NCBI GenBank assembly: GCA_964644695.1
Contig: CAZXWN010000001.1
Coordinates: 554,869 to 578,804 of the forward strand
Reading direction: 5' to 3'
Source of the DNA: an uncultured bacterium
GTDB lineage: Bacteria; UBP4; UBA4092
Length of the DNA stretch: 23,936 nt
The first letter of the stretch is position 1, and each line of letters opens with the position of its first letter. Shown here piece by piece: positions 11,180-21,645 of the stretch. The notes beneath the pieces were generated by a model. The model was not told the origin of the DNA. It did no database searches and worked only from the letters and a program-made list of their open reading frames with translations. A program made the translations under genes and the position numbers.

Positions 11180-11815
11180 ATGTTAATTTTGGGTATTGCC
11201 GGTGGAACAGGATCTGGTAAGACAACCATCGCTAAATCAATTTCAAAACAACTGGGCCACCAAAAGATTAAAATTCTTCATCAGGATTCATATTATCTGG
11301 ACCAGAGCCATTTACCATTTGAACAGCGGCAAAAAACCAATTATGACCATCCTTCAGCCATGGATATTCCCTTATTGAAAAAACATATCAGTGATTTGAA
11401 ATCTGGAATTCCCATTGATAAACCCATTTATGACTTTAAAACTCATTCCAGAGCTTCAGAAACAGAACATATTGAACCTGTTGATATTCTTATCATTGAG
11501 GGTATCTTTGCCCTTCAGGATCCAGAATTAAGAGAAATTGAAGATATTAAAATATATGTTGAGACAGATGCCGATATTCGTGTACTTCGCCGTCTTCGTC
11601 GTGACATTCAGGAAAGAGGACGCACTGTAGAATCTGTCATCATGCAATATAAAGACATCGTTCGCCCCATGCATCTCCAGTTTGTTGAGCCAACTAAGCA
11701 ATATGCCGACATAATCATACCTGAGGGTGGACATAATAAAGTCGCAATTAATATTATGGTTAATACGCTTAGAGAATATGTTCGCCGTTTGCAAGAGTCT
11801 CAGCCTCAAAACTGA
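11180..11815 (+). CDS. udk: Uridine kinase
   Basis: GIAGGTGSGKTT P-loop, QDSYY, NYDHP, IIEGI, RRLRRDIQERGR, PMHLQFVEPTK.YADIIIP.GG.N. Confidence 0.97.
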   Translation: MLILGIAGGTGSGKTTIAKSISKQLGHQKIKILHQDSYYLDQSHLPFEQRQKTNYDHPSAMDIPLLKKHISDLKSGIPIDKPIYDFKTHSRASETEHIEPVDILIIEGIFALQDPELREIEDIKIYVETDADIRVLRRLRRDIQERGRTVESVIMQYKDIVRPMHLQFVEPTKQYADIIIPEGGHNKVAINIMVNTLREYVRRLQESQPQN

Positions 11816-12562
11816 TTATCCACCACGCGTCATACATAAAGCGTAAACAGCCATTGCTCCAGCATCTTTTAAAACCTTAGAACAGGCATTAATCGTAGCG
11901 CCAGTAGTCATGACATCGTCTACTATCAATATAGTTTTGCCTGCAATAAGGGTTTTATTCTGTGCAGCAAATAATCCCTCCACATTTTTCATCCGCTCTT
12001 CACTATTCAAGCCTACCTGGGGAATATTGTACCGAGTTCGATATAACACATTATTGATTAATGGAATATTCAATCGAACAGATAACGGTTGGAATAAAAC
12101 TTCAGATTGATTAAACTCTCTATCTCTTAAACGTCGGGGATGTAAAGGCACGGGAACTATAGCATCAAGGGCAGGATAATCATTGGATGTATCAAAATAG
12201 TCTAAAACCATGCGACTTAAAGGAGAAATATATTCCGTGTGATATTCATATTTTAGACTATGAATAACTTTTCTCATCCGCTTATCGTACAGAGCGATTC
12301 CTCTTGCAAGGTCAAAATGAATATTCTGAAGGGCTTTACACGCAAAACAGTCAATACCTTCACCATCACCGAAAGGATGCCCGCAAACTCTACAATAAGG
12401 AGGGCGCAAGATAACCATCTTGCGCCAACACTGTTCACAGACAAAGCCATCATGAATATAGCTGCTGTTTAGTTTTTGAGAACAAAAACGACATTTTACT
12501 GGATAGAAAATATCTATTAAAGAATGTAAATAACTCAATCCATGAAATTTTAAACTATCCAT
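11816..12562 (-). CDS. comF: ComF family protein (double zinc ribbon plus phosphoribosyltransferase-like domain)
   Basis: DIFYP..CRFC, CEQC, CRVC, CFAC; IHSLKY, VPVPLH..R...REFNQS, Q.GL....R..NV, ILIVDDVMTTGAT. Start placed at ATG 12562, just after the upstream stop; 12592 and 12607 are alternatives. Stop directly abuts the convergent udk stop. Confidence 0.92.
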   Translation of the reverse strand: MDSLKFHGLSYLHSLIDIFYPVKCRFCSQKLNSSYIHDGFVCEQCWRKMVILRPPYCRVCGHPFGDGEGIDCFACKALQNIHFDLARGIALYDKRMRKVIHSLKYEYHTEYISPLSRMVLDYFDTSNDYPALDAIVPVPLHPRRLRDREFNQSEVLFQPLSVRLNIPLINNVLYRTRYNIPQVGLNSEERMKNVEGLFAAQNKTLIAGKTILIVDDVMTTGATINACSKVLKDAGAMAVYALCMTRGG

Positions 12563-12572
12563 TATTCTTCGG

Positions 12573-13595
12573 TTATTCTGCGGAGCCTCCATCTGAATGA
12601 CCTTCAATCAAATCAATAATGTTCTTTGCGTGTTCAGAGAGTGTCTCATCAGAATCATTTATCAGCTTTTCCCATGCTTTAATTTGTTTTTGGGTTCTTC
12701 CCGGTTTACATGTCCCACAAGACCGATGGCGAGACATGATGGCATCTTCGGCTTTTAAATAATAAATACGTTTTTCAGGCTGAATACCATTCACCCATTT
12801 GCAGTCTTTGTGGTGAAAAGTCACTGCAGCCATACTGGAAACAAATGGAGCATCGTTTAATTTATCTGAGTTTTGGGAGTGAACTGATTTTATGTCACGG
12901 AAGGATTCAAGATTATGGATTCCAGCGTCATGCCCACGCATTGATGCAGGCACTTTATCTAAATATTTTAAAAATCTGAATTTTGTAAATCCGATTTCAA
13001 TAATGTCATTATGCTCAAGATTGGCTTCCTTGACCTTCTGTCCATTAACCTTTGTACCCGCCATTGTTCCCATATCTTTTAGGATATAACGATTATTGAG
13101 ATAGCAAATACGTACATGTTTTTTTGCAGCCAACCAATCCCCAACAACAACATCACAATCTGATTCGCGTCCTATAGTTGCTTCAAGTTTCTCAAATTTA
13201 TAGACTTGATTTGGATTACTTTCTGACTGTAAATAACAAGGTTCTATTTTGGGAAGGACAACAGTTTTATCAAAATCAAAGGGGCTAATTGATTGAGTTT
13301 GAGTTTGGGTAAGAAGATCTTCAAGAAAATAGACTTTTACTTTACCGAATATTATTTCATCCTGGTCTTTCAAAGCTTGCTTCTGAATTTTCACACCATT
13401 CACAAAAGTTCCATTGGCACTGCTAAGATCCATGACAAAGTATGTTCCATTTACTAATTCAATCTGTGAATGATTTCGCGAGACACTTAGATTATCAATT
13501 ACAACATCATTGTCCAAGGATCTGCCAACACGAATAAGTGGCTTATCAAAAGAAAATTCTTTCATCTCACTGAGTTTTATAACGAGTTTTGGCAT
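12573..13595 (-). CDS. Tandem FHA domain protein with C-terminal Ada-type zinc-binding domain
   Basis: FHA1: VGRSLDND...VSRNHS...DLSSANGTFVNG. FHA2: IGRESDCD...AAKKHV...DMGTMAGTKVNG. C-terminal FHHKDC...RIYY...EDA....RSCGTCKP. GGGAG RBS 9 nt upstream of the ATG. Confidence 0.88.
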   Translation of the reverse strand: MPKLVIKLSEMKEFSFDKPLIRVGRSLDNDVVIDNLSVSRNHSQIELVNGTYFVMDLSSANGTFVNGVKIQKQALKDQDEIIFGKVKVYFLEDLLTQTQTQSISPFDFDKTVVLPKIEPCYLQSESNPNQVYKFEKLEATIGRESDCDVVVGDWLAAKKHVRICYLNNRYILKDMGTMAGTKVNGQKVKEANLEHNDIIEIGFTKFRFLKYLDKVPASMRGHDAGIHNLESFRDIKSVHSQNSDKLNDAPFVSSMAAVTFHHKDCKWVNGIQPEKRIYYLKAEDAIMSRHRSCGTCKPGRTQKQIKAWEKLINDSDETLSEHAKNIIDLIEGHSDGGSAE

Positions 13596-13635
13596 ATCCG
13601 ATTACTCCCAATTTAGAATTTCAGTTTATGCCAGA

Positions 13636-13664
13636 ATTTTAGGGGTAGTTCATCATCCTGTCAA
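13636..13664 (-). promoter_or_regulatory. Near-consensus sigma70 promoter for the FHA-comF unit
   Basis: Minus strand TTGACA (13664-13659), 17-bp spacer GGATGATGAACTACCCC, TAAAAT (13641-13636), immediately after the cobA/hemD stop. Confidence 0.8.
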
Positions 13665-13665
13665 T

Positions 13666-15201
13666 TTATTTCTTCTGTTGAAAATAGAACTGTATTGCTT
13701 TTACCAGACCAGCAATTGTATATTCTGAAGCTTCAATAGAAACCTTTAATTTATTTTCTTCCATTGTTTTTGATGTAATAGGTCCAATAGAAGCAAAAAT
13801 AGTTTTCCCTTTCATCAAATCCAAAACATGATCAGGCGTCATTTTAATAAAATTAGTTACTGTGGATGAGCTGGTAAATGTAACCACATCGGGAAGATTA
13901 ATACCACTACTCCATTGTTCACAAATACCCCTATCAGGAACCGCAGGCTTCGTTTCATAAACAGGAACAACATCCACCAAAACACCCCGCATACGCAGCC
14001 CTTCCGGAAGAACATCACGCGCTGACAAAGCCCTTAGAATCAATACCTTTTTATTCTTCAAATCATACTCATCAAGTTTTTTTAAAAGTGATTCTGCTAC
14101 GTACTCATCAGGTATACAATCCGAAGTTATACCGTATTTTTTAAGTTCCAAAGCCGTTGCTAGACCAATCACACCAACTTTTGCAGAACCTAACGAACGG
14201 GTATCAAGGTTCCTTTTTTCCATCAGGTAATTGAAAAAATATTCCACACCATTTTGGCTGGTAAAAAGAACCCAGTCATATTGGCAAAGATTAGAAATTG
14301 CTTTATCCAGTAGTCTGTAATCAGAAAGAGATGTGATTTGAATGGTAGGATATTCTAAAACCGTTGCACCCTGTTCTTGTAATAAAGCTGACAATTTACC
14401 GATTTGTTGTCGAGTCCTTGTTACTAAAATCTTTTTCCCCCATAAAGGTCTGGTTTCAAACCAATTTAACTTTTCCCGATAATTCACAACATTTCCAACA
14501 ACAATAACCACAGGATGAGTAATACCTGCCTTCTCGACATCCCCCACAATGGTATTCAGGTTACCAATAATAGTTTTCTGTTTTGGCGTAGTACCTCTGT
14601 GTATAACAGCAACAGGAGTGTCTTCGGATAGTCCCCCAGCAATAAGATGCTTCATAATTACGGAAAGATTACCCATCCCCATTAAAATCACCAACGTGTT
14701 CTCACTTTTTGCTAGTTGTTCCCAATTCACAAGACTCTCATCTTTCAATGGGTCTTCATGTCCTGTTACAACAGTGAAGCCAGAGACACACTCGCGATGG
14801 GTAACAGGAATTCCGGCATAGGCAGGAACAGCTATGGATGAAGATATCCCCGGGATTATCTCGAACGATATTCCAGCATCAAAAAGACATTCTCCCTCTT
14901 CCGCACCGCGTCCAAAAATAAAAGGATCTCCACCTTTTAAGCGACAAACTATTTTACCTTCCCGGGCTTTATCAACTAATAACTGATTAATTTTATTTTG
15001 CGGTAGGGTATGTTTTCCTGCTGTTTTACCCACATTTATCAATTCGGCCTGAGGGTTTGCATACTGCAGTAAAAACTCATTTACCAGTTGGTCATATACA
15101 ATTACATCAGATTTTTCTATACAATTAAGGCCTCTTACGGTAATTAAGTCCAAATCACCAGGACCAGCTCCAACCAGATATACGATCCCTTGTTCATTCA
15201 T
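13666..15201 (-). CDS. cobA: Fused uroporphyrinogen-III C-methyltransferase / uroporphyrinogen-III synthase (CobA-HemD)
   Basis: LVGAGPGD..LITVRG, RLKGGDPFIFGRG.EE, YAGIPVTHR; then HemD part ILVTR, FTSQNGV, VYET, FTSSSTV, SIGPIT. Confidence 0.96.
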   Translation of the reverse strand: MNEQGIVYLVGAGPGDLDLITVRGLNCIEKSDVIVYDQLVNEFLLQYANPQAELINVGKTAGKHTLPQNKINQLLVDKAREGKIVCRLKGGDPFIFGRGAEEGECLFDAGISFEIIPGISSSIAVPAYAGIPVTHRECVSGFTVVTGHEDPLKDESLVNWEQLAKSENTLVILMGMGNLSVIMKHLIAGGLSEDTPVAVIHRGTTPKQKTIIGNLNTIVGDVEKAGITHPVVIVVGNVVNYREKLNWFETRPLWGKKILVTRTRQQIGKLSALLQEQGATVLEYPTIQITSLSDYRLLDKAISNLCQYDWVLFTSQNGVEYFFNYLMEKRNLDTRSLGSAKVGVIGLATALELKKYGITSDCIPDEYVAESLLKKLDEYDLKNKKVLILRALSARDVLPEGLRMRGVLVDVVPVYETKPAVPDRGICEQWSSGINLPDVVTFTSSSTVTNFIKMTPDHVLDLMKGKTIFASIGPITSKTMEENKLKVSIEASEYTIAGLVKAIQFYFQQKK

Positions 15202-16138
15202 ATGATTCGCAATCCTTTAATATCTTATCCCCACCATTTTTTATAATTATTTCTGCCAACTCAATGCCCAATTCCGTATGATTATCTATATGTCCGTGTA
15301 ATATTTCCCTTACATATTTTTTACCATCAGTAGAAGCTACTAAGCCTTGGACTTCAAGTCTATTATCAATGACATGAGCAAGACAAGCCACAGGAAGATT
15401 GCAACTGCCACCAAGCCTTTTTAAAAAAGACCTCTCACAGGACACTTCGATATTTGTTTTCGTATCATGGATAGACTGAAGAACATTGCGTATTTCAAAA
15501 TCATCCTGGTGGCACTCTATTGCAAGGGCACCCTGGCCAACAGCTGGCAGCATTTCCTCACAATCGATATCCAAAACTTGATTGCTCACTATTTCTAAGC
15601 GATTCAATCCAGCTTTGGCTAGGATAATTGCATCACAACAGCCATCCATCATCTTTCTGATTCTAGTGGGAACATTTCCCCGCATCAAAGTAACACTTAC
15701 ATAGGGGTTGTTTATTAAAAGTTGTGACTTACGTCTAAGGCTGCTCGTTCCCACTTTATATCCCGCTGGCAATTGCTTCAGAAGTGGTTTTGAAGAATCA
15801 TACTCAAAAGCTGTTTTCCAAACAATCACATCGTTCGCTTTTTCTCTTTTGGGTGTTGAACCAATCACAAGTTTTTCAGGCAATTGTATTGGCAAATCTT
15901 TCAGGCTATGAACTGCAAAACGAATATCTCTATTCAAGATTCCAGTTTCCAGCTCCTGCGTAAACAAACCTTTTCCACCAATTTTACTTAATGACACATC
16001 CAATCTTTGGTCGCCTATTGTAAGAATCTCTTTAATCTGAAAATCAATTTGAGGACAGGATTTTTGCAATTGTCTAATAACGTCTCTAGTCTGCGCTAAA
16101 GCCAACTGACTACTTCTTGTGCCAACAGTACAAATCAT
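15194..16138 (-). CDS. hemC: Hydroxymethylbilane synthase (porphobilinogen deaminase)
   Basis: GTRSSQLALAQ, GGKGLFT.ELE, AVHSLKDLP, GTSSLRR, RGNVPTR, LPAVGQGAL, LGGSC (cofactor Cys). Confidence 0.97.
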   Translation of the reverse strand: MICTVGTRSSQLALAQTRDVIRQLQKSCPQIDFQIKEILTIGDQRLDVSLSKIGGKGLFTQELETGILNRDIRFAVHSLKDLPIQLPEKLVIGSTPKREKANDVIVWKTAFEYDSSKPLLKQLPAGYKVGTSSLRRKSQLLINNPYVSVTLMRGNVPTRIRKMMDGCCDAIILAKAGLNRLEIVSNQVLDIDCEEMLPAVGQGALAIECHQDDFEIRNVLQSIHDTKTNIEVSCERSFLKRLGGSCNLPVACLAHVIDNRLEVQGLVASTDGKKYVREILHGHIDNHTELGIELAEIIIKNGGDKILKDCESYE

Positions 16139-17442
16139 AAATCCTCACGGCCCTTGGGAGGCAAATGAATTTTGTTAATATCCAATTCAAACAAATCAAC
16201 CAATGACTTGGCATAATAATACCCATTCCCAGAAATAGTTGACTTCTTCAATGTTGCGATCGGTTTATGTAATATTTGAGCAGAGATTCTATTTACTAAT
16301 TTATTCAGAATAATGCGTTCATTTTTATCTAAATCAGGCAGTTTGTTAAATACCTTTTTCAATTCTCTATCTGTTATTTCCTTAAACTCTTCTTTCAGCT
16401 CTCTGATAAGAGGATTGACGGATTGAGCAATATACCAGCTGAGATACTCTTTCAATTCATTTTCAATAATCAACTCACACTTACCCAACTCCATTTGGCG
16501 ACGATTTAATCCTTGTTGAATAATTTTATTCAAATCATCAATATTAAAAAGAATTACATTTTCAATTTGATTCAAATCAGGATCTATATCCCTTGGCATT
16601 GCAATATCAACCATAACAAGCGGACGCCCAGACCTATATTGAATGTATTTCTCAGCATCTTTTTTGTAAAGCACTATTTCAGGGGTACTGGTTGAACTTA
16701 TTACGATATCAACATCCTGAAGAGTTGGTAACACCTGTTCCAAGGTTATTGGAATCCCATTATATTTCTCTGAAATACTTTTTGTCTTTTGGTAGTTCCG
16801 ATTTGCTATAAAAACTTGGGATACACCTTCTTTTATCAAGTATTTTAGTGTTAATTCCCCAGCATCTCCGGCTCCGATCACTAATACTTTTTTATCATTC
16901 AAATCATTTAATATCTCAACAGCTTGATGAACTGCCGCCGAACTTATTGATGTTATCCCCTGATGAATTCGAGTTTGGCTTTTAACTTTTTTTGCCACAA
17001 AAAAAGATCTCTGAAATAACTCATTAAACAAAGCACCCGCATAACCATTTTTCTTAGATATTTCATAAGCTTCTTTTACTTGCCCAAGTATTTGAGATTC
17101 ACCAATCACCATACTATCCAGGCTGGAGACAACTCTAAACAAATGTTTAACAACTCCTGGACCGTGATGTATATATAGATAATTTGACAAGTCATCCGTA
17201 GAAACAAAATATTTTTTAGATATTATTTGTTTTATTTTCACAACAGACTCAGAAAAATTACTTTTAGTTGTGGCGTATATTTCCATTCGATTACAGGTCG
17301 ATAAAATAACAATTTCATTCAGGTTTGCTTCTGAATGGAATTGTTCCAGAGTATTCACCAATACGTCTCGATTAAAACAAAGCTTTTCTCTCAGCTCAAT
17401 GGGGGCTTTATGGTGGCTTATACCAACATTAATTATATTCAT
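16135..17442 (-). CDS. hemA: Glutamyl-tRNA reductase
   Basis: H..APIELRE, LSTCNRME (catalytic Cys), SLDSMVIGESQILGQVK, IGAG..G, DIAMPRDI. Confidence 0.97.
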   Translation of the reverse strand: MNIINVGISHHKAPIELREKLCFNRDVLVNTLEQFHSEANLNEIVILSTCNRMEIYATTKSNFSESVVKIKQIISKKYFVSTDDLSNYLYIHHGPGVVKHLFRVVSSLDSMVIGESQILGQVKEAYEISKKNGYAGALFNELFQRSFFVAKKVKSQTRIHQGITSISSAAVHQAVEILNDLNDKKVLVIGAGDAGELTLKYLIKEGVSQVFIANRNYQKTKSISEKYNGIPITLEQVLPTLQDVDIVISSTSTPEIVLYKKDAEKYIQYRSGRPLVMVDIAMPRDIDPDLNQIENVILFNIDDLNKIIQQGLNRRQMELGKCELIIENELKEYLSWYIAQSVNPLIRELKEEFKEITDRELKKVFNKLPDLDKNERIILNKLVNRISAQILHKPIATLKKSTISGNGYYYAKSLVDLFELDINKIHLPPKGREDL

Positions 17443-18131
17443 ATCTTTTTATCTTTAAGTATTTGACGAATTACCTTTCCCATTTTTCGATCCAATTGGG
17501 TAAAGGCCTCAGATTGAGGAGTGGTCTTCAATAGATTCAAAGTATCTTCATTAAGTATTTCAATAAATATGTGTTCTCTGTCGTTAATATTTAATATTTT
17601 CATTTTTTTTAATGCTACACGCCATTTCTCAATCCAGTTTACAAAAACTGTAAACTCAGGCCCAATTTCTTTCTCATAATATTTCCGAAACCATTTAGAT
17701 AAAGCAGGAGCTCTACCAGAAGTAGAAAATGAAACAACTAAAGATTCTCTTATAATCATAGATGGGACTTGGAAATGGCACAATTCAGGCGTATCTACAA
17801 TATTTACCAAAGGAGTAACATTTATAGCTTCATTGTAAACTGCCGCGTTTACATTGGTATCACCCGTGGCACCAAAAACAAGATAAGCGGACTTTAGATC
17901 ACCTGGCTCATATTCTCTATTTATGTGGTTTAGATTATATTTTTTGACTAAAGCTGTCAGGCCTTCAGATAAAACAGGGGAAATTATAATAATATCTGCG
18001 CCCGTGCCAATGAGATTCTTTATCTTTTGGAAAGCTATTTTTCCACCTCCAACGACAACACACCTCTTCCCTCTTAAATTAAGCATGACAGGATAATGAT
18101 GTAAGCTGGATTCAGTCATTGGTAGTATCAT
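17439..18131 (-). CDS. sirC: Precorrin-2 dehydrogenase / sirohydrochlorin ferrochelatase (SirC/Met8/CysG N-terminal type)
   Basis: YPVMLNL.GKRCVVVGGG.IA..K, AT.D..VN, VNIVD.PELC.F..P, STSG.APAL. ATG overlaps the clpB TAA (TAATG). Confidence 0.92.
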   Translation of the reverse strand: MILPMTESSLHHYPVMLNLRGKRCVVVGGGKIAFQKIKNLIGTGADIIIISPVLSEGLTALVKKYNLNHINREYEPGDLKSAYLVFGATGDTNVNAAVYNEAINVTPLVNIVDTPELCHFQVPSMIIRESLVVSFSTSGRAPALSKWFRKYYEKEIGPEFTVFVNWIEKWRVALKKMKILNINDREHIFIEILNEDTLNLLKTTPQSEAFTQLDRKMGKVIRQILKDKKI

Positions 18132-20719
18132 TATCTCTTTTTAAAGAGATACTTTCCATCTTCCATATCGATTAATATGCTATCGCCATCAACTATTTCT
18201 CCAGATAACAATTTCATGGCCAAGGGATCTTGTATTTTTTTAATAATTACTCGTTTCAAAGGTCTTGCTCCATATAAAGGGTCAAAACCATCTAAAGCCA
18301 AGAACTCTCCAGCCATACTACTCAACTGTAGATCTATATGACGGTCAGACAATCTTTCTCGAAGATGAGTTATTTGTATATTAACTATTTCTTTTATGTG
18401 ATCTAAGCTCAGTTTATTAAATATAATAATGTCATCAATTCTATTAAGAAATTCAGGTTTAAAGTGCCCCCTTAGGGCATTTAAAACTTGTTGCTTTGAG
18501 TCTTTATCATCAAAACCTTCTGGCAAATTAGTTATAAACTGACTTCCAATATTAGAGGTCATAATTATCAAGGTATTTTTGAAATCAACAATTCTACCCT
18601 GCCCATCGGTCAAACGACCATCTTCCAATATTTGCAGCAAGACATTGAACACATCAGAATGAGCTTTTTCTATTTCATCAAATAAGACGACAGAATATGG
18701 ACGGCGTCTTACAGCCTCTGTAAGCTGTCCACCTTCCTCATATCCAACATAACCCGGAGGGGCACCAATGAGCCGAGAAACGGTGTGCTTCTCCATATAT
18801 TCTGACATATCAATTCTTACCATTGATTCTTCGTCATCAAACAAAAACTCAGCCAAAGAACGAGCCAATTCAGTTTTTCCCACTCCGGTGGGCCCCATAA
18901 ATAAAAAGGAACCAATGGGGCGATTGGGGTCAGCTATACCAGCTCTAGATCTTCTTACTGCATTCGAAACTGATTCAATGGCCTCATCTTGACCCAAAAC
19001 GCGACTTTTCAGCCTTTGTTCCATATTTAAAAGTTTTTTAACTTCAGACTCAAGCATCCTTGAAACGGGAATACCTGTCCATTTGGAAACAATATCAGCA
19101 ATATCTTCCTCATCAACTTCTTCTTTTAACATTTTCTGATTTTTTTGGATATCAATGAGCTTTTTATTTAACACTTCTATTTCTTTAGAGAGGCCAACTA
19201 ACTCACCATACTTTATTTTTGCAGCGGCTTCATAATCACCAGCCCGCTCCGCATTTTGCTCATCGATTTTGGCCGTTTCGATTTTTTCTTTGAGTTGATG
19301 GATTTGATTTAATGTGTCTTTTTCGAGCAACCAATGAGACTTCATTGATTTACTACTTTCTTTCAAGTTTGCCAATTCTCTGTCAATTTGTGTCAGTTTA
19401 TCTACGGATGATGAATCCGTATCTTTTTTTACACCTTCCCGTTCAATCTCTAATTGGCGTATTTTCCGTTTAACCTCATCTAATTCTGTAGGCATACTAT
19501 CAATTTCAATCCGTAATCGTGAAGAGGCCTCATCTACTAAATCAATTGCTTTATCTGGTAAAAAACGGTCAGTTATATATCGATGTGATAAGAGCACGGC
19601 TGACACCAACGCTGCATCTTTTATTTTTATTCCATGGAATAATTCGTATTTTTCTTTCAGTCCTCGGAGAATAGAAATCGTATCTTCAACAGAAGGCTCA
19701 CCAACATATACCTGTTGAAATCGTCGTTCCAGAGCAGCATCTTTCTCAATATGCTTTCGATATTCATCCAAGGTTGTTGCACCAATACAACGCAACTCAC
19801 CCCGTGCCAATGCTGGTTTCAACATATTAGAGGCATCCATGGCGCCTTCGGCGGCTCCAGCACCAACCAATGTATGTAATTCATCGATGAAAAGTATAAT
19901 TTCACCTTCAGAAGTCTGAACTTCCTTTAATACAGCTTTCAGACGATCTTCAAACTCGCCACGATATTTTGCACCAGCAATCAGTGCTCCCATATCAAGA
20001 GCTATGAGTTTCTTATCTTTGAGAGACTCAGGAACATCACCTGAAATAATACGTTGCGCCAGTCCTTCAACAATGGCTGTCTTACCTACCCCTGGTTCAC
20101 CAATCAATACAGGGTTATTTTTAGTACGTCGAGATAATACTTGAACGACTCGACGAACCTCTTCATCTCTTCCAATTACAGGATCTAATTTATTATTTTG
20201 AGCCAACAATGTCAGATCCCGTCCGTATCGTTGCAATGCCTGGTATTTATCTTCTGGACTTGCATCAGTAACTCTCTGACTACCACGAATTGTTTTTAAA
20301 ACACTTAAGATATTTTCTTTATTAATTCCATATTTTCGCAATAGATTTGCCGTAGGCGATTTATCGTTTATGACTGTCATAGCCAAAAAGATATGCTCAG
20401 TGCTCACAAACTCATCTTTCAACAATTCAGCTTCTTTGAAAGAATTATCCAAGACTGATTTCAAACGGTTAGATAGATACAATTCACCACTACCACTTAC
20501 AGAAGGGAAACGACGTATTTCAAGTTCAAGCTCTTTGTCTAATTGATCACGATTAATATTTAACTGAGATAAAATTGAGGGGATAACTCCCTTATCCTGC
20601 CTACATAATGCTAACAGTAAGTGCTCGACATCAATTTGTTGGTGGGAAAAAGATTGTGCAATTGATTGAGCTTCTGAGAGCGCTTCCTGGGACTTCATGG
20701 TAAATTTATCAAAACGCAT
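18131..20719 (-). CDS. clpB: ATP-dependent chaperone/disaggregase ClpB
   Basis: Clp N-repeats, Walker A GEPGVGKT and GPTGVGKT, long coiled-coil M domain ([12 protein letters not shown]...AAKIKYG), [26 protein letters not shown]. Confidence 0.98.
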   Translation of the reverse strand: MRFDKFTMKSQEALSEAQSIAQSFSHQQIDVEHLLLALCRQDKGVIPSILSQLNINRDQLDKELELEIRRFPSVSGSGELYLSNRLKSVLDNSFKEAELLKDEFVSTEHIFLAMTVINDKSPTANLLRKYGINKENILSVLKTIRGSQRVTDASPEDKYQALQRYGRDLTLLAQNNKLDPVIGRDEEVRRVVQVLSRRTKNNPVLIGEPGVGKTAIVEGLAQRIISGDVPESLKDKKLIALDMGALIAGAKYRGEFEDRLKAVLKEVQTSEGEIILFIDELHTLVGAGAAEGAMDASNMLKPALARGELRCIGATTLDEYRKHIEKDAALERRFQQVYVGEPSVEDTISILRGLKEKYELFHGIKIKDAALVSAVLLSHRYITDRFLPDKAIDLVDEASSRLRIEIDSMPTELDEVKRKIRQLEIEREGVKKDTDSSSVDKLTQIDRELANLKESSKSMKSHWLLEKDTLNQIHQLKEKIETAKIDEQNAERAGDYEAAAKIKYGELVGLSKEIEVLNKKLIDIQKNQKMLKEEVDEEDIADIVSKWTGIPVSRMLESEVKKLLNMEQRLKSRVLGQDEAIESVSNAVRRSRAGIADPNRPIGSFLFMGPTGVGKTELARSLAEFLFDDEESMVRIDMSEYMEKHTVSRLIGAPPGYVGYEEGGQLTEAVRRRPYSVVLFDEIEKAHSDVFNVLLQILEDGRLTDGQGRIVDFKNTLIIMTSNIGSQFITNLPEGFDDKDSKQQVLNALRGHFKPEFLNRIDDIIIFNKLSLDHIKEIVNIQITHLRERLSDRHIDLQLSSMAGEFLALDGFDPLYGARPLKRVIIKKIQDPLAMKLLSGEIVDGDSILIDMEDGKYLFKKR

Positions 20720-20740
20720 AAATCCAATCCTCCCGATTTC

Positions 20741-21625
20741 TTATTTATTATTAATTTTACTATTTCTTACATCTCGTGCTTTGTTAAAAAATTCATACAT
20801 TCCATGACTGTCAGATTTCTCAATTAAATTATGGAACTGTGCCAAAGTAGATTCCATTTGAGTTACAGCTTCTAATAGATTTTCTCTATTCTCAATACAA
20901 ATATCCGACCAAATTTGGGGATGGCTGGCGGCAATCCGTGTAGTATCCTTGAAACCAGAAGAAGCCAAATTATTCGGATTTGCCCATTTCTCATCCAGAC
21001 TCTCAATGGCATTGACTAAAACAGAAGACACAATATGGGGAAGATGACTATACATAGCTACAGACCTGTCATGGTCCTCTGGAGACATTTCTATGGTATG
21101 ACAACCGACAGCTTCCCACAGTTTTTTTAATTTTTCTAACGATTGTGATGAAGTTTCTACTGTTGGAGTTAATACGCAGGTAGCACCTTGATATAGGCAA
21201 TGAGTGGCCGCATCAACTCCTGATTTCTCAGAACCACACATGGGATGACTCCCAATAAATTCTACTTTGGATGACAAATCAAAGAGCTGCTTATTTATGA
21301 TTTTTACAACACCCAACTTTGTACTCCCCACATCAGTCAAAACAGTTGGAGGAGATACAAAGGGCAGTATTTGCTTCACTAAAGAAAGGGTTGTAAGCAC
21401 AGGTACACATAAAACCACGATATCAGCATCCTTGAGCCCTTCTTCAAAAGATGTAGTAGCGATATCTATAGCTCCGACATCAACAGCATCTTGTAATCGT
21501 TGAGGATTACGACCAATACCATAGACATAATCAGCCAAATGACACTTTCGCAATGCCATCCCCAAGGATCCACCCATCAATCCCACGCCAATTAAGCTTA
21601 TTTTATGAAACATAGTTGGAGTCAT
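20741..21625 (-). CDS. tyrA: Prephenate/arogenate dehydrogenase
   Basis: IGVGLMGGSLG, TDVGSTK, SHPMCGSEKSG, HD..VA..SHLPH, GFKDTTRIA.S.P.IW.DI...N. Confidence 0.95.
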   Translation of the reverse strand: MTPTMFHKISLIGVGLMGGSLGMALRKCHLADYVYGIGRNPQRLQDAVDVGAIDIATTSFEEGLKDADIVVLCVPVLTTLSLVKQILPFVSPPTVLTDVGSTKLGVVKIINKQLFDLSSKVEFIGSHPMCGSEKSGVDAATHCLYQGATCVLTPTVETSSQSLEKLKKLWEAVGCHTIEMSPEDHDRSVAMYSHLPHIVSSVLVNAIESLDEKWANPNNLASSGFKDTTRIAASHPQIWSDICIENRENLLEAVTQMESTLAQFHNLIEKSDSHGMYEFFNKARDVRNSKINNK

Positions 21626-21645
21626 GGTTAATATCTCTACATACT

